A stretch of DNA of 64,000 nucleotides from positions 96,001-160,000 of the forward strand of contig JBBSXO010000003.1 of NCBI GenBank assembly GCA_038045705.1, in the 5' to 3' direction. Below the pieces are notes generated by a model, which saw only the letters and a program-made list of their open reading frames with translations, was not told the DNA's origin and made no database searches. Of this stretch, positions 19,373 to 29,763 are shown one piece after another. Numbering within the stretch: the stretch's first letter is position 1; each line of letters starts with the position of its first letter. The position numbers and the translations under genes were made by a program. The DNA is from Nanobdellota archaeon. Its GTDB lineage: Archaea > Nanobdellota > Nanobdellia > Pacearchaeales > GW2011-AR1.

Positions 19373-22300
19373 AAAGCAAGAAAGGGATTTTTTTCAGCAT
19401 AGATGCACTAATAGCATTAATGATAATTTTTATAGTAATTTTAGTAGCTATACCCAACATAAAACAAAACAAAATAGAATCAAAAATTGATGAAGATATT
19501 CTGATAGGGTTGTCATCAATAAGCGCAGAAGAATTTGATAATAATTATGTACGATCACTTATAACTTTAGGAATAATAACTGATCCAAACAAATCATTAT
19601 TAGAACAAATAGGCAACTTTTATGTAACAAATAGAACAATAGCTTCAAATATAGCAGATGAATTCCTCTCAACAATAAAAACAAAAGATAATGTAGGAAT
19701 ATGGCTAGAAAATAATTTAGTATCTTCAAAAAACGCAACATCTATAGAAAGTGCAAGACAAATAGAAACATCAAGACAGATAATAAGTGGAGTTATGTTA
19801 GGTCAAAACATAACTGGTTACTCTGCAAGAGCTTTTCTATCAAGCAATATAAGAAACGCGTATAGCTATTTTGGAGGATATGTAGGTGATGGAAACATAA
19901 CCCTTGTTTTAGATTATAATGGTACTATAAATGACGCTGAACTTGAACTTGCTTCAAACAAAGATTTTCAGTTATATATTAATGGAATATATGCTGGAAA
20001 TCATACAAAATCTCCATCAGTAACAAGTCCATCAACTTATGATTTATCGAACCACCTAAATAAATTTGGAAGTGGAACAAATAATTTAGAATTCATTGCA
20101 AAAGATTTATACATTGCAGGAGGATTTCTAAAGGTAAAATATGAATCAATACCAACAACAACTCAAAAAAGGCAATATTTTCAAGGAATACAAGGTCTAA
20201 TTAATTTATATGACGGTCTATTCATACCTGGAACGCCAACATCTATAGATGTAAATCTTGACTTGCAAAGCAATTTTACAACATTTCTAAACATTGGAAA
20301 TGTAACTATATTCAATGGAACAACAAATGGTAGGCAGACTATAACCGTTCCAAATTCTCAATTATCCACTACTTTAAATTATAATCAACTTGCAAATAAA
20401 ACTACTCCGATAAGATTAGGATTAAAAAATGTCTCTTTAATTTACTCAGGTCAAAGATTTGATATAATTTCAGTAGTTGATTTATCCGGAAGTATGGAAA
20501 ATAACTGCCCAGGTGGGAGTGCAAATCCAGGAGAGACTCCTTGTAAAATAAATGACGCAAAAAATTCTACAGACGAATTAATAAATACAATTCTTAACAT
20601 TTCAGGAAATAGAGTTGCTTTAGTTGGATTTGAAGATTATTCAAAAAAAGCAGACTTTCATAATTTATCAAATAATAGTCAAACACTAAGAAACATAGCA
20701 AATAATGTGTGGAATGCTGGCGGATCTACTTGTATTTGTTGTGGAATTCTAAAAGCAAATAGTTGTTTTGATGAGAAAATATTTTATGATGGATTCAATA
20801 ATCAAACAGCTGGTACTGATCCAATAGGCTGGACAGTAAACCAAGGATCATCAATAATAGATATAACAACTCAAAGTTTAGAAGGAAATAGAGGATTAAT
20901 GGTAGCAAGAACCACTTCTACTAATCCAGCATTACTGCACACATTTAATCCTCAACAAGATAAGATAAAAGTAGAATTTCTAGCTAGACACGATACAGGT
21001 ACTGGTCGCCTTAGATTTGAATTGGAAGGATTAGATAATGCTCTAAATTACCAAGATTATGTTATAATTAAAATGTATGGAGGATTTATTAGAAACAATG
21101 ACAATCAAGTGACTCCTTATATATTAAATAGAACATATAAAATTGGGATAGAAATAACACCTAATAGCAATTCTTATAGTTTATATATAAATGACACTCT
21201 TGTCAACTCTAACCTTCCCGTAATTTCAACATACAGCAATATAGCAAGATTAAGATTTTCTACAGAAAGCGCAACGATAAATTACAAGTTAGATGGAATC
21301 AACATATCATTAACAAAAAAACTTTGTGATAGTTCAATAAATCGCACACGAGAAATGATAGTTATGAGTGATGGAGAGCCAAACAGAGCGTGCGGTTTAG
21401 ACCCATCCCCTGATTGGGATGGAGATGGCACAACCATAGGGGACCCTCAAGACCAAGCAATTCAAGCAGCTTGCATCGCAAAGACAAACTATAACATTAC
21501 AGTTCATTCAATAGCTCTTGATATTAATAATGGTAGTTTAGCAGAACAAACAATGCAAGGAATTGCAGCGTGTGGAAATGGAGGATTTTATGCAAGTAAT
21601 GTAACTCAATTAACTCAAATTTACAATCAGATAACTAGAAGCATATTAGCAGGTTACAGTGCACAAACATTTAACACAACAAACCCTCAACAATCAAGAC
21701 TTTATCCAAATTCTTACATTTCTTTAAATTATCAAGAAACACAAGATTTATTTGGAATACCAATCACCATAGAAATCCCATTTTCTAATTCAATGAATGT
21801 TAATTTCAGTATTCCATCTGAATCAACACCCATATATATGACAGCAATATCTTATTCAGGAGACAAATGGACGAATAAAGTAGTATTAAACAACGAGACA
21901 GTCTACAATTTGAGTTTTTACGGTACAAACTACATAGAATTAGGAGATCCTTATGCAATAAGAATAGATCCTAATAAACTAAGAGAAAACAATTCACTAT
22001 CAATTACAACTGCAACAAGTTCAGGAGGCAATGAAACATATTCTGCGAACAACAAAATAATTTACACTGTGCTCAAAAACATATCTGCATATTCTCCGAT
22101 AAGTGCAAATAGAGACGGATGCAATTGGGAAGTTTATTTCGAGGATAATACAAACATAAGCATATTAATACCCCAAAACTATACGGGTGTTAACTCCTGC
22201 ATATATTCTCCCATATCTATAATTTATGATTCTAATGATGCTATGCAAACAGCAGTATATAATTTATTTAGACAACTAGATTTAGATTTAGATGGAAGAA

Positions 22301-22404
22301 TAGACTTCTTATTCCGTCAAAATGAAGTAACAATAGACACAACAGATATTCAAGGAATCCCATTCCCATGGTCAACGGAGATACAAATAAGAAGATGGGT
22401 ATAA
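19363..22404 (+). CDS. Large pilin-like adhesin with von Willebrand A domain
   Basis: KKG|IFFSID signal; MIDAS DLSGS...T...MSDGEPN; many N-x-S/T sequons. Confidence 0.85.
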   Translation: MGLKSKKGIFFSIDALIALMIIFIVILVAIPNIKQNKIESKIDEDILIGLSSISAEEFDNNYVRSLITLGIITDPNKSLLEQIGNFYVTNRTIASNIADEFLSTIKTKDNVGIWLENNLVSSKNATSIESARQIETSRQIISGVMLGQNITGYSARAFLSSNIRNAYSYFGGYVGDGNITLVLDYNGTINDAELELASNKDFQLYINGIYAGNHTKSPSVTSPSTYDLSNHLNKFGSGTNNLEFIAKDLYIAGGFLKVKYESIPTTTQKRQYFQGIQGLINLYDGLFIPGTPTSIDVNLDLQSNFTTFLNIGNVTIFNGTTNGRQTITVPNSQLSTTLNYNQLANKTTPIRLGLKNVSLIYSGQRFDIISVVDLSGSMENNCPGGSANPGETPCKINDAKNSTDELINTILNISGNRVALVGFEDYSKKADFHNLSNNSQTLRNIANNVWNAGGSTCICCGILKANSCFDEKIFYDGFNNQTAGTDPIGWTVNQGSSIIDITTQSLEGNRGLMVARTTSTNPALLHTFNPQQDKIKVEFLARHDTGTGRLRFELEGLDNALNYQDYVIIKMYGGFIRNNDNQVTPYILNRTYKIGIEITPNSNSYSLYINDTLVNSNLPVISTYSNIARLRFSTESATINYKLDGINISLTKKLCDSSINRTREMIVMSDGEPNRACGLDPSPDWDGDGTTIGDPQDQAIQAACIAKTNYNITVHSIALDINNGSLAEQTMQGIAACGNGGFYASNVTQLTQIYNQITRSILAGYSAQTFNTTNPQQSRLYPNSYISLNYQETQDLFGIPITIEIPFSNSMNVNFSIPSESTPIYMTAISYSGDKWTNKVVLNNETVYNLSFYGTNYIELGDPYAIRIDPNKLRENNSLSITTATSSGGNETYSANNKIIYTVLKNISAYSPISANRDGCNWEVYFEDNTNISILIPQNYTGVNSCIYSPISIIYDSNDAMQTAVYNLFRQLDLDLDGRIDFLFRQNEVTIDTTDIQGIPFPWSTEIQIRRWV

Positions 22405-23330
22405 AAAACAGAAAAGGAATATTTTTCACCTTAATAGTTATAGCTGCAATATCGCTCTTTTTAATAAGTTATACATTCTACAGCAATTATGGTGAAAGAG
22501 GTAAAACTCATGATAGAATTAATACACTAAACACCTTTATATTTTCAATCGAAGAAAATTTAGAAAGGCAGATATTTATTTCAGGGTTCAGGTCACTTTT
22601 CGTAATGCAAACAGAATCAATTGAGCAAGGAGCCTATATTCAAAACGCAACATATTCATTAAATGAATTATTTTTCAATGGAAGTTACAACAATGTCGAA
22701 CAACCTATAATGATTGGTGCAACTTTCTCAGATATACAAGATGAAATACAACAAAAAGCAAACAAGGTAAATGCATATATCACTTTAAACAATCCATCTA
22801 TATCTCTAACTCAATCAGATCCATGGAACATAGATATTATTTTTAATGTCAACCTTGATGCACAAGATCAAGGAAGATTAGTAACATGGAATAAGACTCA
22901 AAGCTATATTTCAAAGATACCAATAAAAGATTTTGAAGATCCATTATATTTATTAAGCACTGGAGGGACAGTTACTAATAGGATAGAAAAGACCCCATTT
23001 GCAAATTTCTCAAATGGTTCTAGTTTAACAAATCTAAACAGTCACATAACAAACAGATATTATAAATCAAACAGTCAGGCTCCAAGTTATCTAAATAGAT
23101 TACAAGGTTCTAACGCAGCTAGTGAATTTGGAATAGAATCATTAATACATATCCCACAATTATCTAATCAAGGAATAAATATTCAAGATAAAACTGTAGT
23201 GGACTACATTTATTTTTCAATATCTACCCCAATTTCATGTAGGATAACTGGAATGCCGTCATGGTTCAAAATAGATCAAGCACATTTAACAGATTACCAA
23301 TTAAACGGTCTGGAACACAGCTGTAATTAA
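22395..23330 (+). CDS. Minor pilin-like protein
   Basis: RKG|IFFTL signal from the ATG at 22395; EDPLY motif. Confidence 0.8.
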   Translation: MGIKNRKGIFFTLIVIAAISLFLISYTFYSNYGERGKTHDRINTLNTFIFSIEENLERQIFISGFRSLFVMQTESIEQGAYIQNATYSLNELFFNGSYNNVEQPIMIGATFSDIQDEIQQKANKVNAYITLNNPSISLTQSDPWNIDIIFNVNLDAQDQGRLVTWNKTQSYISKIPIKDFEDPLYLLSTGGTVTNRIEKTPFANFSNGSSLTNLNSHITNRYYKSNSQAPSYLNRLQGSNAASEFGIESLIHIPQLSNQGINIQDKTVVDYIYFSISTPISCRITGMPSWFKIDQAHLTDYQLNGLEHSCN

Positions 23331-26191
23331 TTGTTTGCTATTCTAGATAATTCGTCAAATCTTCCTTTTCTTTTTAATATCTTAAAAATCAAAATTGTAA
23401 TTACTAATATTCCCAAGACAATTAAAACAATTATGCTCCAAAATACAAATCTTATTTCAAGATTAAATCCCTTGTCTATAGGTGTCTGTTGATTCTGCCC
23501 AGGACTAGAGTTTTTAGGAGGTGTAGACCCAGCATCAAGTTCATTATTGTCATTTCTATTACTACATCCCAAATCACCAGGATAATCTATTTCTAGATCA
23601 TCATCATTGTCTATTCCATCAGAACACTCTGTAACCTCTACAAATCCTACACCAACTCCACCTCCACCACCGCCCCCTCCGTTTCCACCAGTATTTGTAG
23701 AACCCCCGCTTAAAGACTGGTTTAAAGACAAACTAATTACATAAAGACTTGCTGCAGGAACATTTAAACTATAATTAAAGTCACCAGAATATCGACCTAA
23801 AAGTTGAGGATTAACCTCATCCATTTTAGTTAAATAATAATTTGAGCCATAGTTTAAACCATAATCCATGAAGTTTATGGTAAAGTTCACTTGTTCTGTT
23901 TCATTCCACCAATTAACTAAAAGTAAACCAAAAGTTCCATCGTTAGCTTTCCACATAGAAGGCATAACCTTAGGTGCACCTGGATAATAATCATCAAAGA
24001 AAATGCTTGGAGAAGGAAAGCCATAATAACTATCTGTGCTAAATTCAGGAACTCTCATTCTTTCACCATATAATAAATATTTTTTAGCGAAAGAATAACT
24101 TCTAACATATTGTTTTATAAATGAAAAGAATTCGTAATCTCCTTCTAAAAGAGGGAATGTTAATAGCTCATTTATTTTTCCATTACTTACGCCAGGAAAA
24201 ACTCCATAAGACATATACATTGCCTGAAAAAATCTATTAAAGTTTTGATTTGGATATATTGCAGAAACCTTAGGCCAAGTTTCAATAATTGAAGAAATTC
24301 CTACATAATCATGAAAAAGTGTAGAATATATCGGAATGTCATATATCGGTGGAGAAGATCCAGGAAAATTCCACTGAACAAACTCTAAATCGTCTATATA
24401 AAGCTCACTTGCATGTTCGCTTTCTAAAATCCATTTAGGATTTAATTCTGAAGCTCTCTGCCTAGACAAGTCAACTAGATTTTCTTCTCCACCATGCCAC
24501 CAATTTCCTCCACCCTTTGGATGATCCCTCCTATTTGAGTAATCCAAAATAGGCTCAACAGCGCTCCAAACATCCCAATAAGCCCCATCAAAACCAACAC
24601 CACTATAAGTTAGGTTATCGTCTCCAAAATCCAAATGATCTACCATTATATTTGCGACATAATTCTGCCAAAAGGTAGTATTTGGATCTATAGATGTAAT
24701 AAGACGATCAGGAGAGTACACATTAACATTCTTGACCACATTCCCATTTTCATCAACTACAGCATAATATTCGATAGTTTGATTATATGAGGAGCTATTA
24801 ACATCAAAGTTTACTTGAATGGTATATGGAATCACAATATCTCCATTCTCATGTGATTGTTTAACTAGTTCCATTACAGAAGAATGTATTGGCTTATAAT
24901 CTGCAGGCCATCCTTCTTGAATACTAAAAGTAGTACCATTCTGCCATTCATAAATCTCAATCGTAGCATTTTCAAATTTAAACTCAGAGTTACACGAATA
25001 AAGAGGCATGTAAGGATCAGGACATTCATTAAAATAATTCTTAAAGTCTCTAGATTCATTTACACCATTAATATAATTCTGCCTAACTGCATTAGTAGAA
25101 TTAGGCATAGAAAGAGAAAGTTTAAAATCCAAATCATGAAATACTGAAGAAATTCCCTCAGCATTCTCTAGTTTCCCCCTTTTTGCAAAGTTCTCAACAG
25201 ACCATGACCTATAATATTTTGTAGCGTCATACCAATCCCCCTTAAGCATACCCATAACAACCGGGTAAGGAGAAGAGTAATCTATATCCGGAGTTAAATG
25301 ATTTTCAGGAAATTGAACAACTGAAAATCCAGTACCCTGAGTTGAAATGTTCCATACAACATTTTTATAATATTCATAAGGATCTTTTGTTCCAAAATAA
25401 AATAAGTCTAGTGTGTCCATATCATAATATGCAGAGAACTGATAAGAATAGTAAAAGCTATTTGTAACCCCGGCATATAAAATTTCATTTAGGTCATTGT
25501 TTGAGGTAATTTCTCTAATTTTAGCGATTAAATCAACCCTGGGATTAACTACAAGACTACCCATTAACCAAGGTAAAATTACTGCTTCTCTAGATGGATC
25601 TGCAAAACCTAAAATATTGACCACCGGGTAAGTAACTTTGTAAATCGAATATTCGTCCATCTTAGTAGTCATATTTATCCAAAATTCAGCAATATTTTCT
25701 TCCATGCCCAAAACAATAGAAGCGGAAATATTCATCACTTGTGAAGAATCAAGACCTCTAACAGTAGCATTATCCCAATTCAAGATTAAGGTTGCTTTTC
25801 CAGGCTCTGGAGTTTCTGGCAACGCATAATAAGAAAACTGATAATTTAAATCGCTTAGCAAATATTCTCCTTTTACTAAATCCTTTTGTAAAGAAATCCT
25901 AATAAGCTCATCATTATTTGTTTGAAAAACTCTACCTGTTTCTAAATTTTTTAATTGGGATATAGAAACATTTCCACTGTTTGTCCCGTTAAAAGTAAAC
26001 TCAACTTTAGAGTTACCTAAAACAACATAATCAAGTCCTTCTAAATAATATAATGAACTACCTAAATCTCCCCATTCGCCAGGAGACAGACTAGTAAAAT
26101 TATTTAAATAATAAAACAAAATCCCAGCTGTAAAGATTATAAAAACCAAAATCATAATAAAAATAATCTCGAAATAACTCTTTTTTTTCAT
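23327..26191 (-). CDS. Large surface protein with putative glycoside-hydrolase-like (DUF6259-like) domain and C-terminal anchor
   Basis: N-terminal signal/TM; GDWYDATKYYR, DGAYWD, HPKGGG, WKANDG; Gly linker, CxDxxDND repeat, C-terminal TM. Confidence 0.7.
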   Translation of the reverse strand: MKKKSYFEIIFIMILVFIIFTAGILFYYLNNFTSLSPGEWGDLGSSLYYLEGLDYVVLGNSKVEFTFNGTNSGNVSISQLKNLETGRVFQTNNDELIRISLQKDLVKGEYLLSDLNYQFSYYALPETPEPGKATLILNWDNATVRGLDSSQVMNISASIVLGMEENIAEFWINMTTKMDEYSIYKVTYPVVNILGFADPSREAVILPWLMGSLVVNPRVDLIAKIREITSNNDLNEILYAGVTNSFYYSYQFSAYYDMDTLDLFYFGTKDPYEYYKNVVWNISTQGTGFSVVQFPENHLTPDIDYSSPYPVVMGMLKGDWYDATKYYRSWSVENFAKRGKLENAEGISSVFHDLDFKLSLSMPNSTNAVRQNYINGVNESRDFKNYFNECPDPYMPLYSCNSEFKFENATIEIYEWQNGTTFSIQEGWPADYKPIHSSVMELVKQSHENGDIVIPYTIQVNFDVNSSSYNQTIEYYAVVDENGNVVKNVNVYSPDRLITSIDPNTTFWQNYVANIMVDHLDFGDDNLTYSGVGFDGAYWDVWSAVEPILDYSNRRDHPKGGGNWWHGGEENLVDLSRQRASELNPKWILESEHASELYIDDLEFVQWNFPGSSPPIYDIPIYSTLFHDYVGISSIIETWPKVSAIYPNQNFNRFFQAMYMSYGVFPGVSNGKINELLTFPLLEGDYEFFSFIKQYVRSYSFAKKYLLYGERMRVPEFSTDSYYGFPSPSIFFDDYYPGAPKVMPSMWKANDGTFGLLLVNWWNETEQVNFTINFMDYGLNYGSNYYLTKMDEVNPQLLGRYSGDFNYSLNVPAASLYVISLSLNQSLSGGSTNTGGNGGGGGGGGVGVGFVEVTECSDGIDNDDDLEIDYPGDLGCSNRNDNNELDAGSTPPKNSSPGQNQQTPIDKGFNLEIRFVFWSIIVLIVLGILVITILIFKILKRKGRFDELSRIANN

Positions 26192-26280
26192 GAAATATCA
26201 AGACAATTATCTTTTATAAATATATTTTAAATAACATAAGAATGTTTATATAGTAATAGAAAGTTATACGAATGTAAAAA

Positions 26281-26286
26281 GGAGGT
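26281..26286 (+). promoter_or_regulatory. Shine-Dalgarno site of the pilin gene
   Basis: GGAGGT 5 nt upstream of the ATG at 26292. Confidence 0.75.
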
Positions 26287-26291
26287 TTATC

Positions 26292-26756
26292 ATGAGAAGA
26301 AAAGGACAAGCAGCTGTTGAATTCCTTATGACTTATGGATGGGCTATTTTAGCAGCAGTTATTGCTATTGGAGTTCTCGCATACTTTGGAGTTTTCAGCC
26401 CTGGTAAATATGTAACAGATTCTGCAATTGTTACCGCACCTTTCTACATAAACGCTCAAAACATTCAAGCGGATGTTAATGGAAGTTCCGGAATAGTAAT
26501 GGAATTAAGGAATAACGGTGGAGAAGATCTCACAGTTACAAGCATTACAGTGGATGGAGCTACAGTAGATTGTACAACTGGAACAATTAGTACAGCAGTA
26601 CTTCCAAGTACACCACAATCATTTACAATAGATTGTACGCCCGCATTAGTAACAGGTCAGACCTATAAGGGAGATATAACTATAAGTTATGTAAAATTTG
26701 GTAGCACAGTTGCATTAGCTTCAACAGGAACAATAGCTGGGAAAATAGTAGCTTAA
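26292..26756 (+). CDS. Probable major type IV pilin
   Basis: RRKG|QAAVEFLMTYGWAIL; strong SD; T-rich tract downstream. Confidence 0.92.
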   Translation: MRRKGQAAVEFLMTYGWAILAAVIAIGVLAYFGVFSPGKYVTDSAIVTAPFYINAQNIQADVNGSSGIVMELRNNGGEDLTVTSITVDGATVDCTTGTISTAVLPSTPQSFTIDCTPALVTGQTYKGDITISYVKFGSTVALASTGTIAGKIVA

Positions 26757-26763
26757 ACAAACA

Positions 26764-26795
26764 TTTTATTTAATTTTATTTTTTATTTAATTTTA
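26764..26795 (+). terminator. Oligo-T archaeal terminator candidate
   Basis: Long T-rich tract directly after the pilin stop. Confidence 0.5.
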
Positions 26796-26855
26796 GAATG
26801 AGGAAAGTAATCCTCAATTAATCAGTTTTATAAACCTTTATTTTGTTCTGTTCTT

Positions 26856-26929
26856 GATCGTGTAGCTCAGCCCGGTAGAGCACTGCTCTGATACGGCAGG
26901 GGTCCCAGGTTCAAATCCTGGCACGATCA
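26856..26929 (+). tRNA. tRNA-Ile(GAT)
   Basis: Acceptor gatcgtg/cacgatc; anticodon arm ctgct-ctGATac-ggcag; T-loop ggttcaaatcc. Confidence 0.95.
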
Positions 26930-26974
26930 TATAGACCATAATAATCTTTATATAATTAAAAAAGATCAATTAAT

Positions 26975-27211
26975 ATGAATGAAAGAGAAAGAACTGGCTG
27001 GGAAACAACAAAAAAAAGGACAGATGCAATAGGAGCATTATTGTTAGTTTCAGTCCTTACATTTGGCGATTCTGAAAGAGGAAACCATTATACACCTCCT
27101 AAAATAATTGAAAATAAAAAACCACAGGTAAGTCAAAAAGTAATAATAGAGCCTTCAGAACCCTACAGAGTAAGATTCACAGAAGATTACCCATTACCAT
27201 TTTATAGATAA
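26975..27211 (+). CDS. Small hypothetical protein
   Basis: ATG ~20 nt after tttatataa; one short hydrophobic stretch. Confidence 0.55.
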   Translation: MNERERTGWETTKKRTDAIGALLLVSVLTFGDSERGNHYTPPKIIENKKPQVSQKVIIEPSEPYRVRFTEDYPLPFYR

Positions 27212-27268
27212 TAATTAAACGAATTGAACAGTCATCTTTTTAAACGCATTTTCTCTCCCTCTTTCCCA

Positions 27269-27820
27269 ATGAAACAAAAATCATTCAACCCCTGGCACGA
27301 TGTATCTGTAGGAGATAAATCTCCTCAAATAGTTAATGCAATAATAGAAATTCCAAAAGATTCAAAACACAAATTTGAAATAGACAAAGAAACAGGAATG
27401 CTTAAACTAGATAGATTTCTTTTTAGTGCAGTTCATTATCCAGGAGACTACGGATTCCTTCCTCAAACTCTTTGGTATGATAATGATCCAATAGACATAA
27501 TAATACTCACGCAAAGACCAGTGTATCCAATGACATTAGTAAGCGCCAGAATAATAGGTGTATTAAGAATGTTTGATGGAGATGAAAAAGATGACAAACT
27601 AATAGCGGTATATAATTCCGATCCAAGATATGAAGAAATTAAAGATGTAAAAGACATTCCAAAACATACAATAGCTGAATTGAAACATTTCTTTGAAACT
27701 TATAAAGAACTTCAAGGGAAAAAATGTAAAGTCTTAGAAATTCTAGGTAATGAAGACGCTTACAAAGATGTAGAAATAGCAAAAATAATGTATCAAGAAA
27801 AGTTCAGTAAATACAATTAA
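27269..27820 (+). CDS. ppa: Inorganic pyrophosphatase (family I)
   Basis: PWHD, EIPK, YPGDYGF, DNDPID, DEKDDK, FFETYK. Confidence 0.97.
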   Translation: MKQKSFNPWHDVSVGDKSPQIVNAIIEIPKDSKHKFEIDKETGMLKLDRFLFSAVHYPGDYGFLPQTLWYDNDPIDIIILTQRPVYPMTLVSARIIGVLRMFDGDEKDDKLIAVYNSDPRYEEIKDVKDIPKHTIAELKHFFETYKELQGKKCKVLEILGNEDAYKDVEIAKIMYQEKFSKYN

Positions 27821-27866
27821 TCGCAAATCAAAACCTTTAAAGAGCATCTATTTATTAAATGAATAC

Positions 27867-27951
27867 GCGGGGATGCCGGAGTGGTCAAACGGGCTGGATT
27901 TAGGCTCCAGTGTGCTTAGTGCCTACCTAGGTTCGAATCCTAGTTCCCGCA
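27867..27951 (+). tRNA. tRNA-Leu(TAG)
   Basis: Acceptor gcgggga/ttcccgc; ctgga-ttTAGgc-tccag; long variable arm. Confidence 0.95.
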
Positions 27952-28108
27952 TATTTATTTCTATAATAAAGAATAAATAATATTGCTATTGGATAGAAAA
28001 ACTCTTTCTCCCGTTGAATTAGCTACGGGTAAATGCAAGGTGATTTCCAACAAACCCATAGTAATTATAAGGAAAAAGATATTTAATCCATAGAATGTTA
28101 TTTCGATT

Positions 28109-28912
28109 ATGAAAAAGAACAATATGCTAGGAATTATAGGATTACTTCTCTTAATATTTTCTCAAATAAATGTTTTTTTAGATATACAACCATTTGAAAG
28201 ATTTCATTTCATAATAATATGGATAGGTTATATTTTATTTGCAGATTATTTAGTCTTCAAAATAAAAGGAAAATCTTGGATCAATAATAGTTCTCTTGCA
28301 ATTATAGGAATGTTTATTATTTCAATGCCTTTCTGGAAAATATTTGAGTATATCAATATTAGAGTTCACAATTGGGAATATATAGGGCTAGAATATTTTG
28401 GGGCATACCATGATCTATTTGCAGTCTTAGCTTTCTCAACAGTTATTCCTGCATTTTTCATTACTCTTTCATTTTTCACAAAAGATTTCAGTTCAAGTTT
28501 ACCAAAAAACAAGATGAGTAAAGGAGCATTTGTATTCACAATTCTTTCAGGAATATTGATGTTCATAGGAATGACTCTTTTACCAAAATATCTTTTCGCA
28601 TTAGAATGGATTTTCATTTTCTTAATAATAGACGGGATTAACTTCAGAAACAAAAAAGAAAGTGTACTTTACATGTTTAAAACAAAACAATGGAAACTAA
28701 TAAACCAAATAATATTCTCTTCCTTAATAATGGGATTTCTATGGGAATTCTGGAATTACTGGGCAACAGTCAAATGGATATATATTATACCATTCTTTGA
28801 TTTTGCATATATATTTGAAATGCCGATCCTAGGATATATAGGCTATATTCCATTTGGGTTTAGTATATTTGCATATTATCATTTCATAAAATCTGCATTC
28901 AGTAAAAATTAA
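28109..28912 (+). CDS. Integral membrane protein of unknown function
   Basis: ~8 TM; GFLWEFWNYW...FEMPILGY motif. Confidence 0.8.
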   Translation: MKKNNMLGIIGLLLLIFSQINVFLDIQPFERFHFIIIWIGYILFADYLVFKIKGKSWINNSSLAIIGMFIISMPFWKIFEYINIRVHNWEYIGLEYFGAYHDLFAVLAFSTVIPAFFITLSFFTKDFSSSLPKNKMSKGAFVFTILSGILMFIGMTLLPKYLFALEWIFIFLIIDGINFRNKKESVLYMFKTKQWKLINQIIFSSLIMGFLWEFWNYWATVKWIYIIPFFDFAYIFEMPILGYIGYIPFGFSIFAYYHFIKSAFSKN

Positions 28913-29022
28913 AAATTCTTCCAATTACATTCAGAGATAACTTATATTTTTCCATTTACAACTTGAATACAACTTTAATCATCAATTGCATAGGGATCAT
29001 TATCTAATTTCTTTGCATCTAA
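28909..29022 (-). pseudogene. Remnant resembling the peptidase S51 (dipeptidase E-like) C-terminus
   Basis: PYAIDD*SCIQVVNGKI*VISECNWKNF resembles the family ending YAIDDQTAIKVVDG.VEVISEG.WK.F; two in-frame TAA. Confidence 0.6.
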
Positions 29023-29040
29023 TCAATTATAAAAATAAGT

Positions 29041-29682
29041 CTATTCTAACCCAAATTCCATAGTTAGCTTGTTATCTTTTATAGAATATTTCTTCAAAGG
29101 TAAACTAACTTGCAAGCTATTAAAATAAATCTTTTTTTTCCCTAACGCTTTTATTTCATAACCAGATTCAACCTTTGAAACAAAAATATCTTCAACAGTA
29201 TCAACACCAGGAGTAGCTAACTCATAAACAACTTTATCACTTAATCTTCTGACTTCAGATTTAGCTTGTCCTCTAGGAAGATTAGCCATTCTATCTCGTT
29301 GTTCATCACTAATAACACGAGGCTTAGATTCTTGTTTATGAGTATGATTCTTAGGACCAATCTTAATTTGAATTCCATTAGGCAATTGAGTTATTTCCGG
29401 CTTTGAATCTCCAAAACCAACTTTATCAAGACTCAGATTTTTCATCTGACCCTCCATCATTTTCATCACATTGCTCAAAATAGAATTAAAAACAGAATCA
29501 TTTAACCCCATTCCACCTCCACCAATTAAAGGAGCTCCAAAAACAGAATCATTCTTTCCAAGCATCCCAAATTCAGCCATATCTGAATCAGGATTACGTA
29601 AATCTAATCTACAATAAGGACAAAAACTATAATCTTCTTTTAGTTTACCCTCACATCTCTTACATTTACTTGACGAAAACAT
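29041..29682 (-). CDS. Zinc-ribbon plus HSP20-like domain protein
   Basis: CKRC..CPYC; C-terminal alpha-crystallin-like segment (ELATPGV...DNKLTMEF). Confidence 0.75.
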   Translation of the reverse strand: MFSSSKCKRCEGKLKEDYSFCPYCRLDLRNPDSDMAEFGMLGKNDSVFGAPLIGGGGMGLNDSVFNSILSNVMKMMEGQMKNLSLDKVGFGDSKPEITQLPNGIQIKIGPKNHTHKQESKPRVISDEQRDRMANLPRGQAKSEVRRLSDKVVYELATPGVDTVEDIFVSKVESGYEIKALGKKKIYFNSLQVSLPLKKYSIKDNKLTMEFGLE

Positions 29683-29763
29683 GTAAATAACAGTACTTCA
29701 AACCTTTTAAAAATGTTGGTATGTGAAAATCATTGTAAAGCAAGACCATTAGATATCCAAATT

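Noticed and set aside
27867-27951. tRNA with 'TAG' in its anticodon loop as a possible amber suppressor
   Set aside because: Anticodon UAG reads CUA (Leu); a suppressor needs anticodon CUA.
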